DNA of 64,000 nucleotides, from positions 544,001-608,000 of the forward strand of contig OZ243956.1 in the NCBI GenBank assembly GCA_965214405.1. The letters run 5' to 3'. Made by a program: the position numbers and the translations under genes. The notes beneath the pieces are model-generated. The model did not search any database, was not told the DNA's origin, and worked only from the letters and a program-made list of their open reading frames with translations. Below, piece after piece: positions 31,480-40,363 of this stretch. The number at the start of each line of letters is the position of its first letter. Positions within the stretch are counted from its first letter, which is position 1. This DNA is from Trueperaceae bacterium. Its GTDB lineage: Bacteria; Deinococcota; Deinococci; Deinococcales; Trueperaceae.

Positions 31480-32778
31480 CTAGCGAACGTCCTGCCTGAT
31501 GGCGTTGGCGGCCTCTCGGAGGGCCTCCTCAGCGGTGGCGTTGCCGGTCGCATATTTCTGGATGGCGGTGGCGACGTAGCCGTTCATCAGCGTGTAGTTG
31601 GGGCCGTAGATGTATGCCTGCGGGATCTCTCTGGCGACCTCGATATAAATTTCTCTCACCTCTTGACCGCCAAAAAACGGGTCGGGTTCGCTAAAAACGG
31701 AGGCGTCGTAGGTCGTCTCGAGCGAAGGCAAAAAGTCGGACGCGGCGAACAGCTCTACCTGGCTCTCTTCCCGGCCCAACATGAACTCGGTAAAGGCCCA
31801 GGCGGCGTCTTTGTTCTCGCTCTGCTCCGAAATAACGAAGTTTGAGCCGCCGTCGTTCGCGGCGCGCACCTGCCCTACGTCCATCGCGGGCATCAAAGCC
31901 ACGCCCCACAAACCTTCCGTGCCGGGCGCTATCCAGTCTTTCAAAAAGGTGCCCATCCAACCGGCAATCACGAGGGTGGCGACGGGGCTCTCCTCGCTCG
32001 CAAGCTCGGCGTACCAGCCGTCGGTCCACTCGAGCTGGTCCGACAAAAGTCCTGCGTCCCAGAACTGACCAAGCATCTCCAGCGTGGCGACGTTTTGGGG
32101 GCTGTCAACGGTGATGTCGCCTTGTTCGTTGTAGTAACCCAGGCCCTGCTGCCAGAGCATCATCTCAAAGGAGCGGGCGTAGTTGTTGGCCTTGTTCTGG
32201 GCGAAGCAGTCGCTGCCCGTCGCCTCTTTGATGGTCTGACAAAGCTCAAGATAGTCGCTCCAGGTCGCCACGGAGTTGCTTACCGCTTCGGGGTCGGTCG
32301 GTAAGCCCGCCGCCTCGAACACGTCACGGCGGTAGTACATCACCACGGGACCGCTGTCCCAGGGCATCGCGTAGTAGCTGCCGCCCAGCTCGGCCTGCGT
32401 CCACTTGAACTGGTTGACGTCGGTCAGATAAGGCTGAACCCGTTCGGTGAGGTCGGCCAGGCCGCCGAAATCGACAAACTGCGCCAGATGGCTGCTCTCG
32501 ACAAGCGCCACGTCGGGCGCGCCGACCCCGGATGAGATGGCGAGCTGCAACTGTTGGTAGAGGTCGGCTGTCGCGTAATCTACAAAGTTGACTTCAACGT
32601 CCGGGTACTCGGCTTCGAAGTCAGCCAGAACGCCGCTGTCTACGATGGGGTCCATCGCGGCCTTCCAGCCCCAGACGGTAATCTCGCCCGAGGGTTTGGC
32701 GTCTTGCGCGCCACCCAGAGAACCAAAAATCACAAACAGGGCGGCAAGGATCAAACGGTTCTTTTTTACTCGCGTCAC
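31480..32778 (-). CDS. Carbohydrate ABC transporter substrate-binding protein
   Basis: Signal peptide; ITVWGW, APDV, YYRRDVFEAAG, GGSNF. Confidence 0.92.
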   Translation of the reverse strand: MTRVKKNRLILAALFVIFGSLGGAQDAKPSGEITVWGWKAAMDPIVDSGVLADFEAEYPDVEVNFVDYATADLYQQLQLAISSGVGAPDVALVESSHLAQFVDFGGLADLTERVQPYLTDVNQFKWTQAELGGSYYAMPWDSGPVVMYYRRDVFEAAGLPTDPEAVSNSVATWSDYLELCQTIKEATGSDCFAQNKANNYARSFEMMLWQQGLGYYNEQGDITVDSPQNVATLEMLGQFWDAGLLSDQLEWTDGWYAELASEESPVATLVIAGWMGTFLKDWIAPGTEGLWGVALMPAMDVGQVRAANDGGSNFVISEQSENKDAAWAFTEFMLGREESQVELFAASDFLPSLETTYDASVFSEPDPFFGGQEVREIYIEVAREIPQAYIYGPNYTLMNGYVATAIQKYATGNATAEEALREAANAIRQDVR

Positions 32779-32958
32779 TTTTCATCCTCCTGACTAACAT
32801 TTGCAAAGCGAACTAAGGGTCTGCCCCGATGGTTTCTTACTTCTCCTCTCGAGCAGCGGAACTTTTGAAGTTACCCGAATTCGGGCGGATGGGTCCGCCA
32901 AAGGAATCTGAAGGTCTACCGGCTGCCTCTCACTCAAACTGTGCTTATACAGCTAAAA

Positions 32959-32974
32959 TTGTGAACGCCCACAG
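32959..32974. promoter_or_regulatory. LacI-type operator 1 at the ABC operon promoter
   Basis: TTGTGAACGCCCACAG, lacO-like; abuts the minus-strand -10 TAAACT, with TTGACA at 33003-32998. Confidence 0.75.
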
Positions 32975-33146
32975 TTTACACCACATGACGCCCCTGTTGT
33001 CAATGGTCTCCGCCACCAGAGCGACACAAGGTCGACCGACGTACGAGGATATAAAGCAGCACAAAATCATTGGCTAAGGCTTCTGGCACGCATAACCGTT
33101 CTGTCACCGCCAGACGCGCTTGACGTTCCGAAATGACCATGCTAGG

Positions 33147-33162
33147 CTGTGGGCGTTCACAA
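33147..33162. promoter_or_regulatory. LacI-type operator 2 at the regulator promoter
   Basis: CTGTGGGCGTTCACAA, exact reverse complement of operator 1; follows TTGACG-N17-TAGGCT. Confidence 0.75.
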
Positions 33163-33221
33163 ACCGCCACACAAGTTGTAAGCCAACAGACAACAAACAT
33201 AAAGGACGCTAAAGAAGACCT

Positions 33222-34262
33222 ATGGCAGATGGCGCTCATAAATCGGTTACCCTCAACGATGTTGCTCGAGACTCGGGCGTTTCTTATCAGACGGTGTCTC
33301 GAGTCGTCAACGCCCATCCACATGTCTCCAAGGCGACGAGGGAGCGTGTACTTACCTCGATTGAGGCGCTGAACTACCGCCCTAACCGCGTGGCGCGGAG
33401 TTTGGCAACGCGGAGCTCGGGCACGCTGGGCATCATCTCTTTTGGCACGACTTATTACGGACCCGCCCAAACGTTTGCCAATATTGAGAGAGCGGTCAGG
33501 GCAAACGGTTATGGCCTAACCTTTTACAGCCTTGACAAACTGACCAAAGAGGGATTGCAAAAAGCGGTTGATTACCTCTCGAGCCACCAAGTGGACGGCA
33601 TCGTTATGGGCGCGCCTTTCATCGGCCTGGACCCTACAGGCGTCATGGAGCTGTGCGGGAACATCCCGGTGGTGATGATCGACGTTCCTAAAGATGCTCC
33701 CGTGCCGTCGGTGGTGATTGATCAGGTTGCAGGCTCTAGGCTAGCCACACAGCATTTTATCGATCTGGGCCATAAAGACATTGCGGAGGTGAGTGGGCCG
33801 CTTAGCTGGCACGACGCGACGCTAAGACACGAAGCTTGGCTGGCGACCCTGCGAGCGGCAAGCCTCACCCCAGGGCCTAGCGCGGAGGGGGACTGGTCCG
33901 CCGCCGGAGGATACAGGGCCACAGAGCAGCTCCTAAAGACGGGTAAGCGCTTTTCGGCCTTGGTTGCCGCCAACGACCAGACGGCGCTGGGCGCGCAGCG
34001 CGCGCTGCGCGCGCACAACTTGCGCGTCCCTGAAGACGTCTCTATGGTTGGGTTTGACAACATCCCGGAAGCCGCTTTTTTTGAGCCGCCCCTTACAACC
34101 GTAAGTCAAGACTTTACCGCGCTCGGGCAGCAAAGTGTTGACTATTTACTCGCTTTAATTGGCGACCCTGAAACTCCTTTGCATCAGCGCGTGCTTTATC
34201 CAACGTTGGTGGAACGGCAAAGTGTAAAAAAAAGGGAGGCGGAGGATGAAGCGCGCCGTTAG
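33222..34262 (+). CDS. LacI family transcriptional regulator
   Basis: TLNDVARDSGVSYQTVSRVVN HTH; VPEDVSMVGFDN...PPLTTV. Confidence 0.95.
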   Translation: MADGAHKSVTLNDVARDSGVSYQTVSRVVNAHPHVSKATRERVLTSIEALNYRPNRVARSLATRSSGTLGIISFGTTYYGPAQTFANIERAVRANGYGLTFYSLDKLTKEGLQKAVDYLSSHQVDGIVMGAPFIGLDPTGVMELCGNIPVVMIDVPKDAPVPSVVIDQVAGSRLATQHFIDLGHKDIAEVSGPLSWHDATLRHEAWLATLRAASLTPGPSAEGDWSAAGGYRATEQLLKTGKRFSALVAANDQTALGAQRALRAHNLRVPEDVSMVGFDNIPEAAFFEPPLTTVSQDFTALGQQSVDYLLALIGDPETPLHQRVLYPTLVERQSVKKREAEDEARR

Positions 34263-34347
34263 CACCAACTTTCGGTACTTTGGCAGGCTGTGCAGGTTTT
34301 AGCAGTTTATAAATCGAGACTTGAGGTACTGCTTTATTGGTTCATTC

Positions 34348-34577
34348 CTAAGTACACGACAAAAGCCGAAAACAGCGGTCCAGGTCAGGCTTTTTGGTTG
34401 CCGAGTTGGTGAGCAGATGCCTGAGATGGTCTAAGCCTGCCCGGAATAAAGACTTCTGCTTGCGCCCGTGCGACTTCATTCGAACAGGTTTGAGCTGACG
34501 GTGAACAAATGCTCCGACTTTCAAGGCCCATAAGAAAGCCAGGGTCACAACGACAAGTAAGGTGTTAATGCGCTCTA
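34348..34577 (-). pseudogene. IS4 transposase C-terminal fragment
   Basis: ERINTLLVVVTLAFLW...KSLFRAGLD...LLSCT*; joins the N-terminal part in frame once the IS630 is removed. Confidence 0.88.
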
Positions 34578-35768
34578 GTACCCTAACCAGGTAGAACAGA
34601 GGGGTAAAGTCGTTTAAGTTTAACGCGGGCATCGTCTGTGGTGAAGCGCCAGTCCACAGTATTTTTACGATTGTTACGCTGCCCAGCCCAGACTTGAACG
34701 TCTTCTTTGAGAGTGTCCACGGAGGCTACGTGGTCAGCCAAACACTGTTTAGCCAAGACGGAAAGTTCGATTTCTGCCATGTTCAACCACGAACCGTGTA
34801 CAGGTGTGTAGTGGATTTCAAGCTTCTGGACCAACCGTTGCGCCTCGTGGGGAGCAAAGGTTTGGTAAAGGCTGCTGGCGTGGTGGGTGCTCAGGTTGTC
34901 CTGCACCAGCACGACCTTGCTTGCGTCGGGGAAGCACTCGTCCACTAAATAGCGGATGACATGGGCGTAATCGTCGGCAGTGCGCGTTTTATGAACTTGC
35001 ACCTCACGCCACGCCTCAAGTGGCGCAAAAAGCATGAACAGGTTGGCCTGGCCGTGGCGCTCGTATTCGTAATCCACACGCTGAGGCTTGCCCGGCTCTA
35101 AGGGCAGGTCTTCCTGGACGCTGCTTGTAAGTTGTTTACACGCTTCGTCCAAACATACCACCGGTCGCTTAGGGTCGTGCGGACGTTGGTAGACTTCCAG
35201 TACATCTTCCATTTGGGCGACGAAGCGGGCGTTCTCTTTGGGTGGAATCACCCAGCACTTCTTTAACCAAGGCTTGAGTTCGTTTTTTTAAGCGTTTGTC
35301 GGATGGTCTCTTTCGCAACGCCATCGACGTAGCCCGCCGCAATCACTTTGTCTTGCAGCAGTTCCAGGGTCCAGCGCTTTCGTCCCTTGGGAGCTTCGCT
35401 GCAAACGCTGGCAATCAGAAACGCCTCTGCTTCGCCACCCAGCACTCTTACCTTGCGCTGCTGTTGCTCTTTACGAAATACCGACTCTACACCTCGCTCT
35501 AAAAACGCCTTCTTGACTCGCACTACCGTAGGTGGACTGACCCTTAGCTTGGTTCGTATCGCCTCGACTTTCCACGCGCCTTCCTCACGGTTGGTGTCCG
35601 ACAACAGCAGAATGCGGGCACGGGTCTTTTCTCGTAGCGAGCGCTTATTCGCACGTGCTAACTTTTCTAGCTCTGTACGTTCTTCGGCTTGTAAGCTTAT
35701 CTTTATGGCTGCTGGCATGAAAGAAAAAATAGCAGCTTTTGTCTTAACTTGCTACCTGGTTGGGGTAC
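34578..35768 (-). mobile_element. IS630-family element
   Basis: TIRs GTACCCTAACCAGGTAG / GTACCCCAACCAGGTAG; TA duplicated within a CTAG target. Confidence 0.92.
34583..35718 (-). CDS. IS630 transposase, orfA (HTH) + orfB (DDE) joined by a -1 frameshift
   Basis: orfA 35263-35718; A7 run at 35283-35289 restores LKKNELKPWLKKCWVIPP; orfB has VCLDE, QDNL, WLNMAEIE. Confidence 0.88.
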
Positions 35769-36590
35769 TAGGTGCTTGAGATGCGTAGCTTCAAAGTCAA
35801 AGCCGCTGCTTTTCAAGGCTTTGAACAAGCATTCTATCTGCCAGCGCTTCGCGTAGCTTGCGAGGGCCTGCTTAGGATTGCGGTTGGTGACGACGATGAT
35901 GTATTCTCCACCCTCTAAACGCGCGCCTGCAACCCCAAGCTCAACACCAAAGACAGTGTAGCGCTGTTTAAGTACCTTGTGCTCACCCACAGGTAGATGC
36001 TGGAAAAAGCCGAACAGATGAAACCAGCCATCACCGAGAGCGTCTTTACGCACGCGGATAACGAAAGGGATGTGCTTACGCTCAAGATAAGCGAACCAGT
36101 CGCCCCCGATGAACTCCCTATCGGCTAGCAGCACCTCTAGCTGGTCTACGGGCAAAAGTTTTAGCAAACGCTCCAAAAGCGTAATGCGTTCTTGCGTGGC
36201 GGAGTTGCCAGCCTTGGGCAAAAGACACCACAGTAAGGGAACCGCTACGCCCTCATGCGCATAAGCCAGGGTCAAGATGTTGATGTCGAGTTTGCCAAAC
36301 TTCCAGTTCGTCCGGTCTAGGCACAGGCTGTAGCTTCGCTTGGGACCTAGACTCAGCGCGTACCTGAAAACTGTCTCATCGGCCAAGTGCAAGCCTTGGA
36401 AAAACCGTTGCGCCCGTCTGTAAAGCGAGTCCGGCTGGGCTCTGCCCTCCATCATGCCTACCAACGTCGCCAAGTTCACCGTCTTTGCCTGCACCATCGC
36501 GATCATCAACAAGCTCAAGAACTTAAGCCGTGACGGGTGCAGCTTTAAGCCGCTCGCTTTCAACTGTGCCAGCAACCCGGTATGCTTCAT
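35769..36590 (-). pseudogene. IS4 transposase N-terminal part
   Basis: LDRTNWKFG, LADREF, YAKRWQIECLFKALK (YREK motif); truncated at HLKHL by the IS630. Confidence 0.9.
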
Positions 36591-37189
36591 ATGCTCTCCC
36601 TTGAAGTGGTGTCTCGCAACATCCATTCTTCACTGGAGAGCCCTTTATTTCAAATCTGTCGTGTACTGAGGGTTCATTCATCAAACGACCACCCCCAAAG
36701 GTGGTGGAATTGAGAAATAATTATAAAAGAGGAAGCCCCGGCGACGCCTTTCCTCTTGCTTCTCCCGCTCTTCTTGATATTTAGACGTCACCAGCACCAC
36801 AGACGGTGGGTTCCCACGAGGGACTGGACGCACCCGAGGGTGCTTCGGAGGGAGCTTCAACACAAAGGGACTTTAACACGTAAACCAGGACACAACGCTT
36901 CAGGCTGCGCGAGAGCCAGCGACCAGAGGGATAGGGCGAGGACGAAAAAGTAGCGCACGGGCTTCACTGTAGCAAGCGCACCGCAGACAACATCCTAGTC
37001 TGGACAAAATTACTGGACAAGTTAGCGTTCCCAGGAGCGGACTGCGTAGCTAACGCGTGACTGAGCGGTGGTTTAGGCGATGCTGCCTGCCCTAAACGAG
37101 CTCAACGTTTACGATAACCGCTGTGGTAAACATCCTGTGAGAAAAACTCAATCCACAAAGTGACGGTTAGGATATAGGCTGAGGAAGCC

Positions 37190-37270
37190 CCGCAACGGCG
37201 TGGCCCGCCCGTAATACAACGGCATGACTGCCCGTAATACAACGGCGTGGCTCGCCCGTAACGCAACGGC
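37190..37270 (+). repeat. Tandem repeat, 23-24 bp unit, about 3.5 copies
   Basis: CAACGGC at 37193, 37217, 37240, 37264; unit approximately GCCCGTAATACAACGGCRTGRCY. Confidence 0.85.
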
Positions 37271-37415
37271 AGGGCGGCGGGAGGGGAGGCTACGTGGCGG
37301 TTTTCACTGACACTACCGTCTATGGGCGCAGACATCACCACCATGACTACGTTCCACCCGGTAACGTACACGCCGAATCTCGCTTATATAGATGACACCT
37401 GTTATAAAGGAGACT

Positions 37416-38360
37416 ATGGACACTGACATGCTCGTCTTTAGCGGCTCGGGCAGCCCCAGGCTGACGGACGCCATCTGCGGTTACTTGGGCGTAACGCCCG
37501 GCAGGCGCGACGTGTTCCGCTTTTCGGAAGGCAACCTGTTCGTCCGCGTCGAGGAGAACGTGCGCGGGCGTCACGTGTATCTGGTTCAGTCCACGGGGTT
37601 TCCGGCCAACGACAACTTTATGGAGCTCCTTTTCTGGATTGACGCGTTCAAGCGCGCGAGCGCGTGCTCGGTCACGGTCGTCATCCCCTACTTTTCTTAC
37701 GCCAAGGGTGATAAAAAAGACGAGCCCAGGGTGTCGATTCGCGCGCGCGTCTGCGCCGACGCCGTCGAGGCGGCGGGCGCGGACCGGGTGGTCACGATGG
37801 ACCTGCACTCGCCGCAGATTCAGGGCTTTTTCAAGATCCCGGTGGACGACCTCTACGCGCTGCCCTTCCTCTGCGACGCGGTCAAACGGCTGAATCTACC
37901 TGAACTCATCGTGGTCTCGCCCGACGCGGGCTTTGCCAAAAAGGCGCGGCAGTACGCGTCAAAACTCGGCACCTCTCTGGCCATCTGTGATAAGGAACGA
38001 AGCGCGCACGACGAGAACGCCGAGGTCTTAGAGATCATCGGCGACGTGCGGGGCAAGACGGCGCTGCTGGTCGACGACCTCATGCTCTCGGGCGGCACGC
38101 TCGTCGACGCGGCGGGGAAGCTGCTCGAGGAGGGCGCTTTGGCCGTCTACGCCGCCGTCACGCACGCGGCGGTGTCGGAGCGCTCGATAAAGAAGCTTAG
38201 CGCGAGCGCCATCCGCCGCATTTTCGTTACCGACTCCATCGAGACGCAGCCCGTGGCGCTGACCGAGCGTTTCGAGGTTGTGTCGGTCGCGCCGCTTTTG
38301 GGTGAGGCCATCCGCCGCATCCATCATCACGAGAGTATCAGCGTGCTTTTTCAGGATTAG
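37416..38360 (+). CDS. prs: Ribose-phosphate pyrophosphokinase
   Basis: FSEGN, IPYFSYAKGD, MDLHSPQIQGFF, VSPDAG, VDDLMLSGGT. Confidence 0.95.
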   Translation: MDTDMLVFSGSGSPRLTDAICGYLGVTPGRRDVFRFSEGNLFVRVEENVRGRHVYLVQSTGFPANDNFMELLFWIDAFKRASACSVTVVIPYFSYAKGDKKDEPRVSIRARVCADAVEAAGADRVVTMDLHSPQIQGFFKIPVDDLYALPFLCDAVKRLNLPELIVVSPDAGFAKKARQYASKLGTSLAICDKERSAHDENAEVLEIIGDVRGKTALLVDDLMLSGGTLVDAAGKLLEEGALAVYAAVTHAAVSERSIKKLSASAIRRIFVTDSIETQPVALTERFEVVSVAPLLGEAIRRIHHHESISVLFQD

Positions 38361-38459
38361 GGAGAAGCACAGGAAAAAGTGGGAGAACGTAACTGGGTAA
38401 ACAAAACTTTGTGGGTATTTACCACGCGGCTCCCGCTTCAACCTCGCTTCACCCTCGCT

Positions 38460-38924
38460 TCAACGGTGGCGCGTAAAGTGCTTCTGCGGACCGCCCAAAC
38501 CTTTGGCGTAGACGTAAAGCAAGCCCAACCAGGAAACGCCGACACCCGCAATGGCCCAGGGGCTGAAGCCGGGCGTGGTGAGCGAAAGGGAGAGGTGCTG
38601 ACGCCACGCCACCTCCAGAAAACCTCCCAGCCAGCTCAAGAAAAAGCTAAGTCCCAAAAAAATAACGTTAGCAGCGGCGGCTTGCGGGAGCGCGGAAGGG
38701 GTTCGCTCCCGAAAGAGTCGCAACGAGAGCAGAAGCGCACCCAGCACGACAGTCGTTTGGCTTACGAGAAAGTCTCCGGGCGGGCCTTCAAAAAAGTCGT
38801 TGATACGCCTCGAGAAGGTTCCGAGTGGAGGCTCCCCTTCCGTTACATCCCACGGCGCAAGCAGCCCCTCCACGTACGCAGCCAGTAAAAAGTAAACGGC
38901 GTACCAGGTCACAATCAAGGCCAA
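38460..38924 (-). CDS. Hypothetical membrane protein
   Basis: Four hydrophobic segments; true start may be ACG at 38972. Confidence 0.55.
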   Translation of the reverse strand: MALIVTWYAVYFLLAAYVEGLLAPWDVTEGEPPLGTFSRRINDFFEGPPGDFLVSQTTVVLGALLLSLRLFRERTPSALPQAAAANVIFLGLSFFLSWLGGFLEVAWRQHLSLSLTTPGFSPWAIAGVGVSWLGLLYVYAKGLGGPQKHFTRHR

Positions 38925-39102
38925 GAGGCTTGAAAGAAAACCGAAACCTTTTAGAGCCGCGTGCTTACCCGTACGTTCGCCCTTTCACCGTGAAATAATC
39001 TACTTTGAAGAGGACGTTCGCGCCAAATCGGGTGGACGCGAGCATAGTCTTATAGTCACGTCTCAGAAAGTTAAAAGTGAAGCGGTTTGGGCCAGACGTC
39101 AC

Positions 39103-39732
39103 CTATTGGGATTTCCTGAGGTCAAGCTCGAGCGTCGCCAGATAAACCTTGTCGGTGCCTCCAATGAGGGTGCCCGTTCCAATTTGTTCGTTCGTGCGCG
39201 GGTCGAAGATGCGCACGGAGGTGTTGGTGGGTTCGGGGCTGGGTTGTTGCCCTTCTTCTTGTACCATATTGATATACGCCTCCATTGGAAAGTCAGCGGG
39301 ACAGATGGTCGCCCGGAACGCGCGGTGGGGTTGGATGGTGGCGTCGCTGGGCTCGAGCCCCCAGCGCTCACAAATCGCCCGCGCCAGCCGTACGGAGGCG
39401 GCAAGCTGCGCCTCGTTGGGTTCGTAGTTTACCCCGACGCCCTCGTGCTCTATGCCAATCGAGCGTAAATTTACTTCGTAAACGCCCGCGTGAAAGGCCG
39501 TGTCGGCTTCGCGCACAAACCGCCACACCTCCCCCTCTTGCGTGACTAGGTAGTGCGCGCTCACCCCAGCCTTGGGCGAGGCGAACCAGCGCGCGGTCGC
39601 CACCTCGCTTCCTTGCGTCACGTGGATGACGATGAGGTCAACCGGCTCGCCCGCCCTGCCTTCTTTATAGTTGCCGGACGCGACGGGTTTTTCGGTGATG
39701 ATCATTGGGGGATGGTCATGAGGGAAGGTCAC
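39103..39732 (-). CDS. N-acetylmuramoyl-L-alanine amidase (Amidase_2)
   Basis: IVIH, SAHY, AFHAG, NLRSIGIE, QPH...ICP Zn ligands. Confidence 0.9.
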   Translation of the reverse strand: MTFPHDHPPMIITEKPVASGNYKEGRAGEPVDLIVIHVTQGSEVATARWFASPKAGVSAHYLVTQEGEVWRFVREADTAFHAGVYEVNLRSIGIEHEGVGVNYEPNEAQLAASVRLARAICERWGLEPSDATIQPHRAFRATICPADFPMEAYINMVQEEGQQPSPEPTNTSVRIFDPRTNEQIGTGTLIGGTDKVYLATLELDLRKSQ

Positions 39733-39809
39733 AGGTCTTCCGGGTTTCGCGTAGCATGTTTGAACGCTACCAAAAGCGTTGCGGCTGAGGTGTGACCTTT
39801 TAACCGGAT

Positions 39810-40229
39810 TTAACTCTCACTTTCATGCTCGAGGAGCACCTCAAACGACACTTCCGCCTTGAGGCTCGCCGCGACCGAGCAGTATTTATTCATGCCGAGG
39901 TCCACAAAGCGCTCGGCGGTCGCCCTATCCAAACCAGGCACATTAAAGATGTGCTTGGCGTGGATGTGCGTGTAGGGTGCGGGGACACCGTCGGCGCGGC
40001 GGCCTTCAAGCTCGATGCGGTACGCCTCGACCCGCAAACGGCGCTTGCCGATCATCTCGACGATGTCGTACGCGGCGCAGCCGCCGAGCGCGTTTAGGAG
40101 GAGATCCATCGGGCGCATCCCGGTGGGTGCGTGAGGCTCGCCGTCGATCATGACGCGCTGGCCCTCGGGCGTGACGGCGACAAAACGTTTGCCGACGAGG
40201 TGGTGCAGGGTGGTCGTCTTGGTTGCCAT
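39810..40229 (-). CDS. OsmC/YhfA family protein
   Basis: RPMDLLL..LGGC...KYCSVAASL. Confidence 0.9.
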   Translation of the reverse strand: MATKTTTLHHLVGKRFVAVTPEGQRVMIDGEPHAPTGMRPMDLLLNALGGCAAYDIVEMIGKRRLRVEAYRIELEGRRADGVPAPYTHIHAKHIFNVPGLDRATAERFVDLGMNKYCSVAASLKAEVSFEVLLEHESES

Positions 40230-40363
40230 GCCCTAGTATGCGCCCCCGCATTTTGAGACGTGTTAGCAAAAAGACACAAGGAAGCGCGAAATGTCAAAAA
40301 GTTTATGCGCCCCGCATTTTTGTCGTGGTAGTGAGAAAAGGCGCAGGCTATACTTTGACGTAC

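Larger units (their letters stand above)
34348..36670 (-). mobile_element. IS4-family element interrupted by IS630
   Basis: TIRs CTAAGTACACGACA / CTCAGTACACGACA; 9-bp TSD GGTTCATTC at 34339-34347 and 36671-36679. Confidence 0.92.

Noticed and set aside
37190..37270. CRISPR array
   Set aside because: Linkers are only 6-7 nt and similar to each other; no unique spacers and no cas genes in the window
36680..37400. attR copy of the tRNA-Leu 3' end
   Set aside because: No match to the tRNA T-arm/acceptor sequence found by eye
38379..38888. 169-aa plus-strand ORF after prs
   Set aside because: Low-complexity basic sequence antisense to a more plausible membrane protein ORF
39103..39732. Amidase as a prophage endolysin
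   Set aside because: No holin, structural or other phage genes nearby
40230..40363. 6S RNA upstream of the 5-formyl-THF cyclo-ligase gene
   Set aside because: Only about 130 bp, occupied by divergent promoters; no long rod-like pairing
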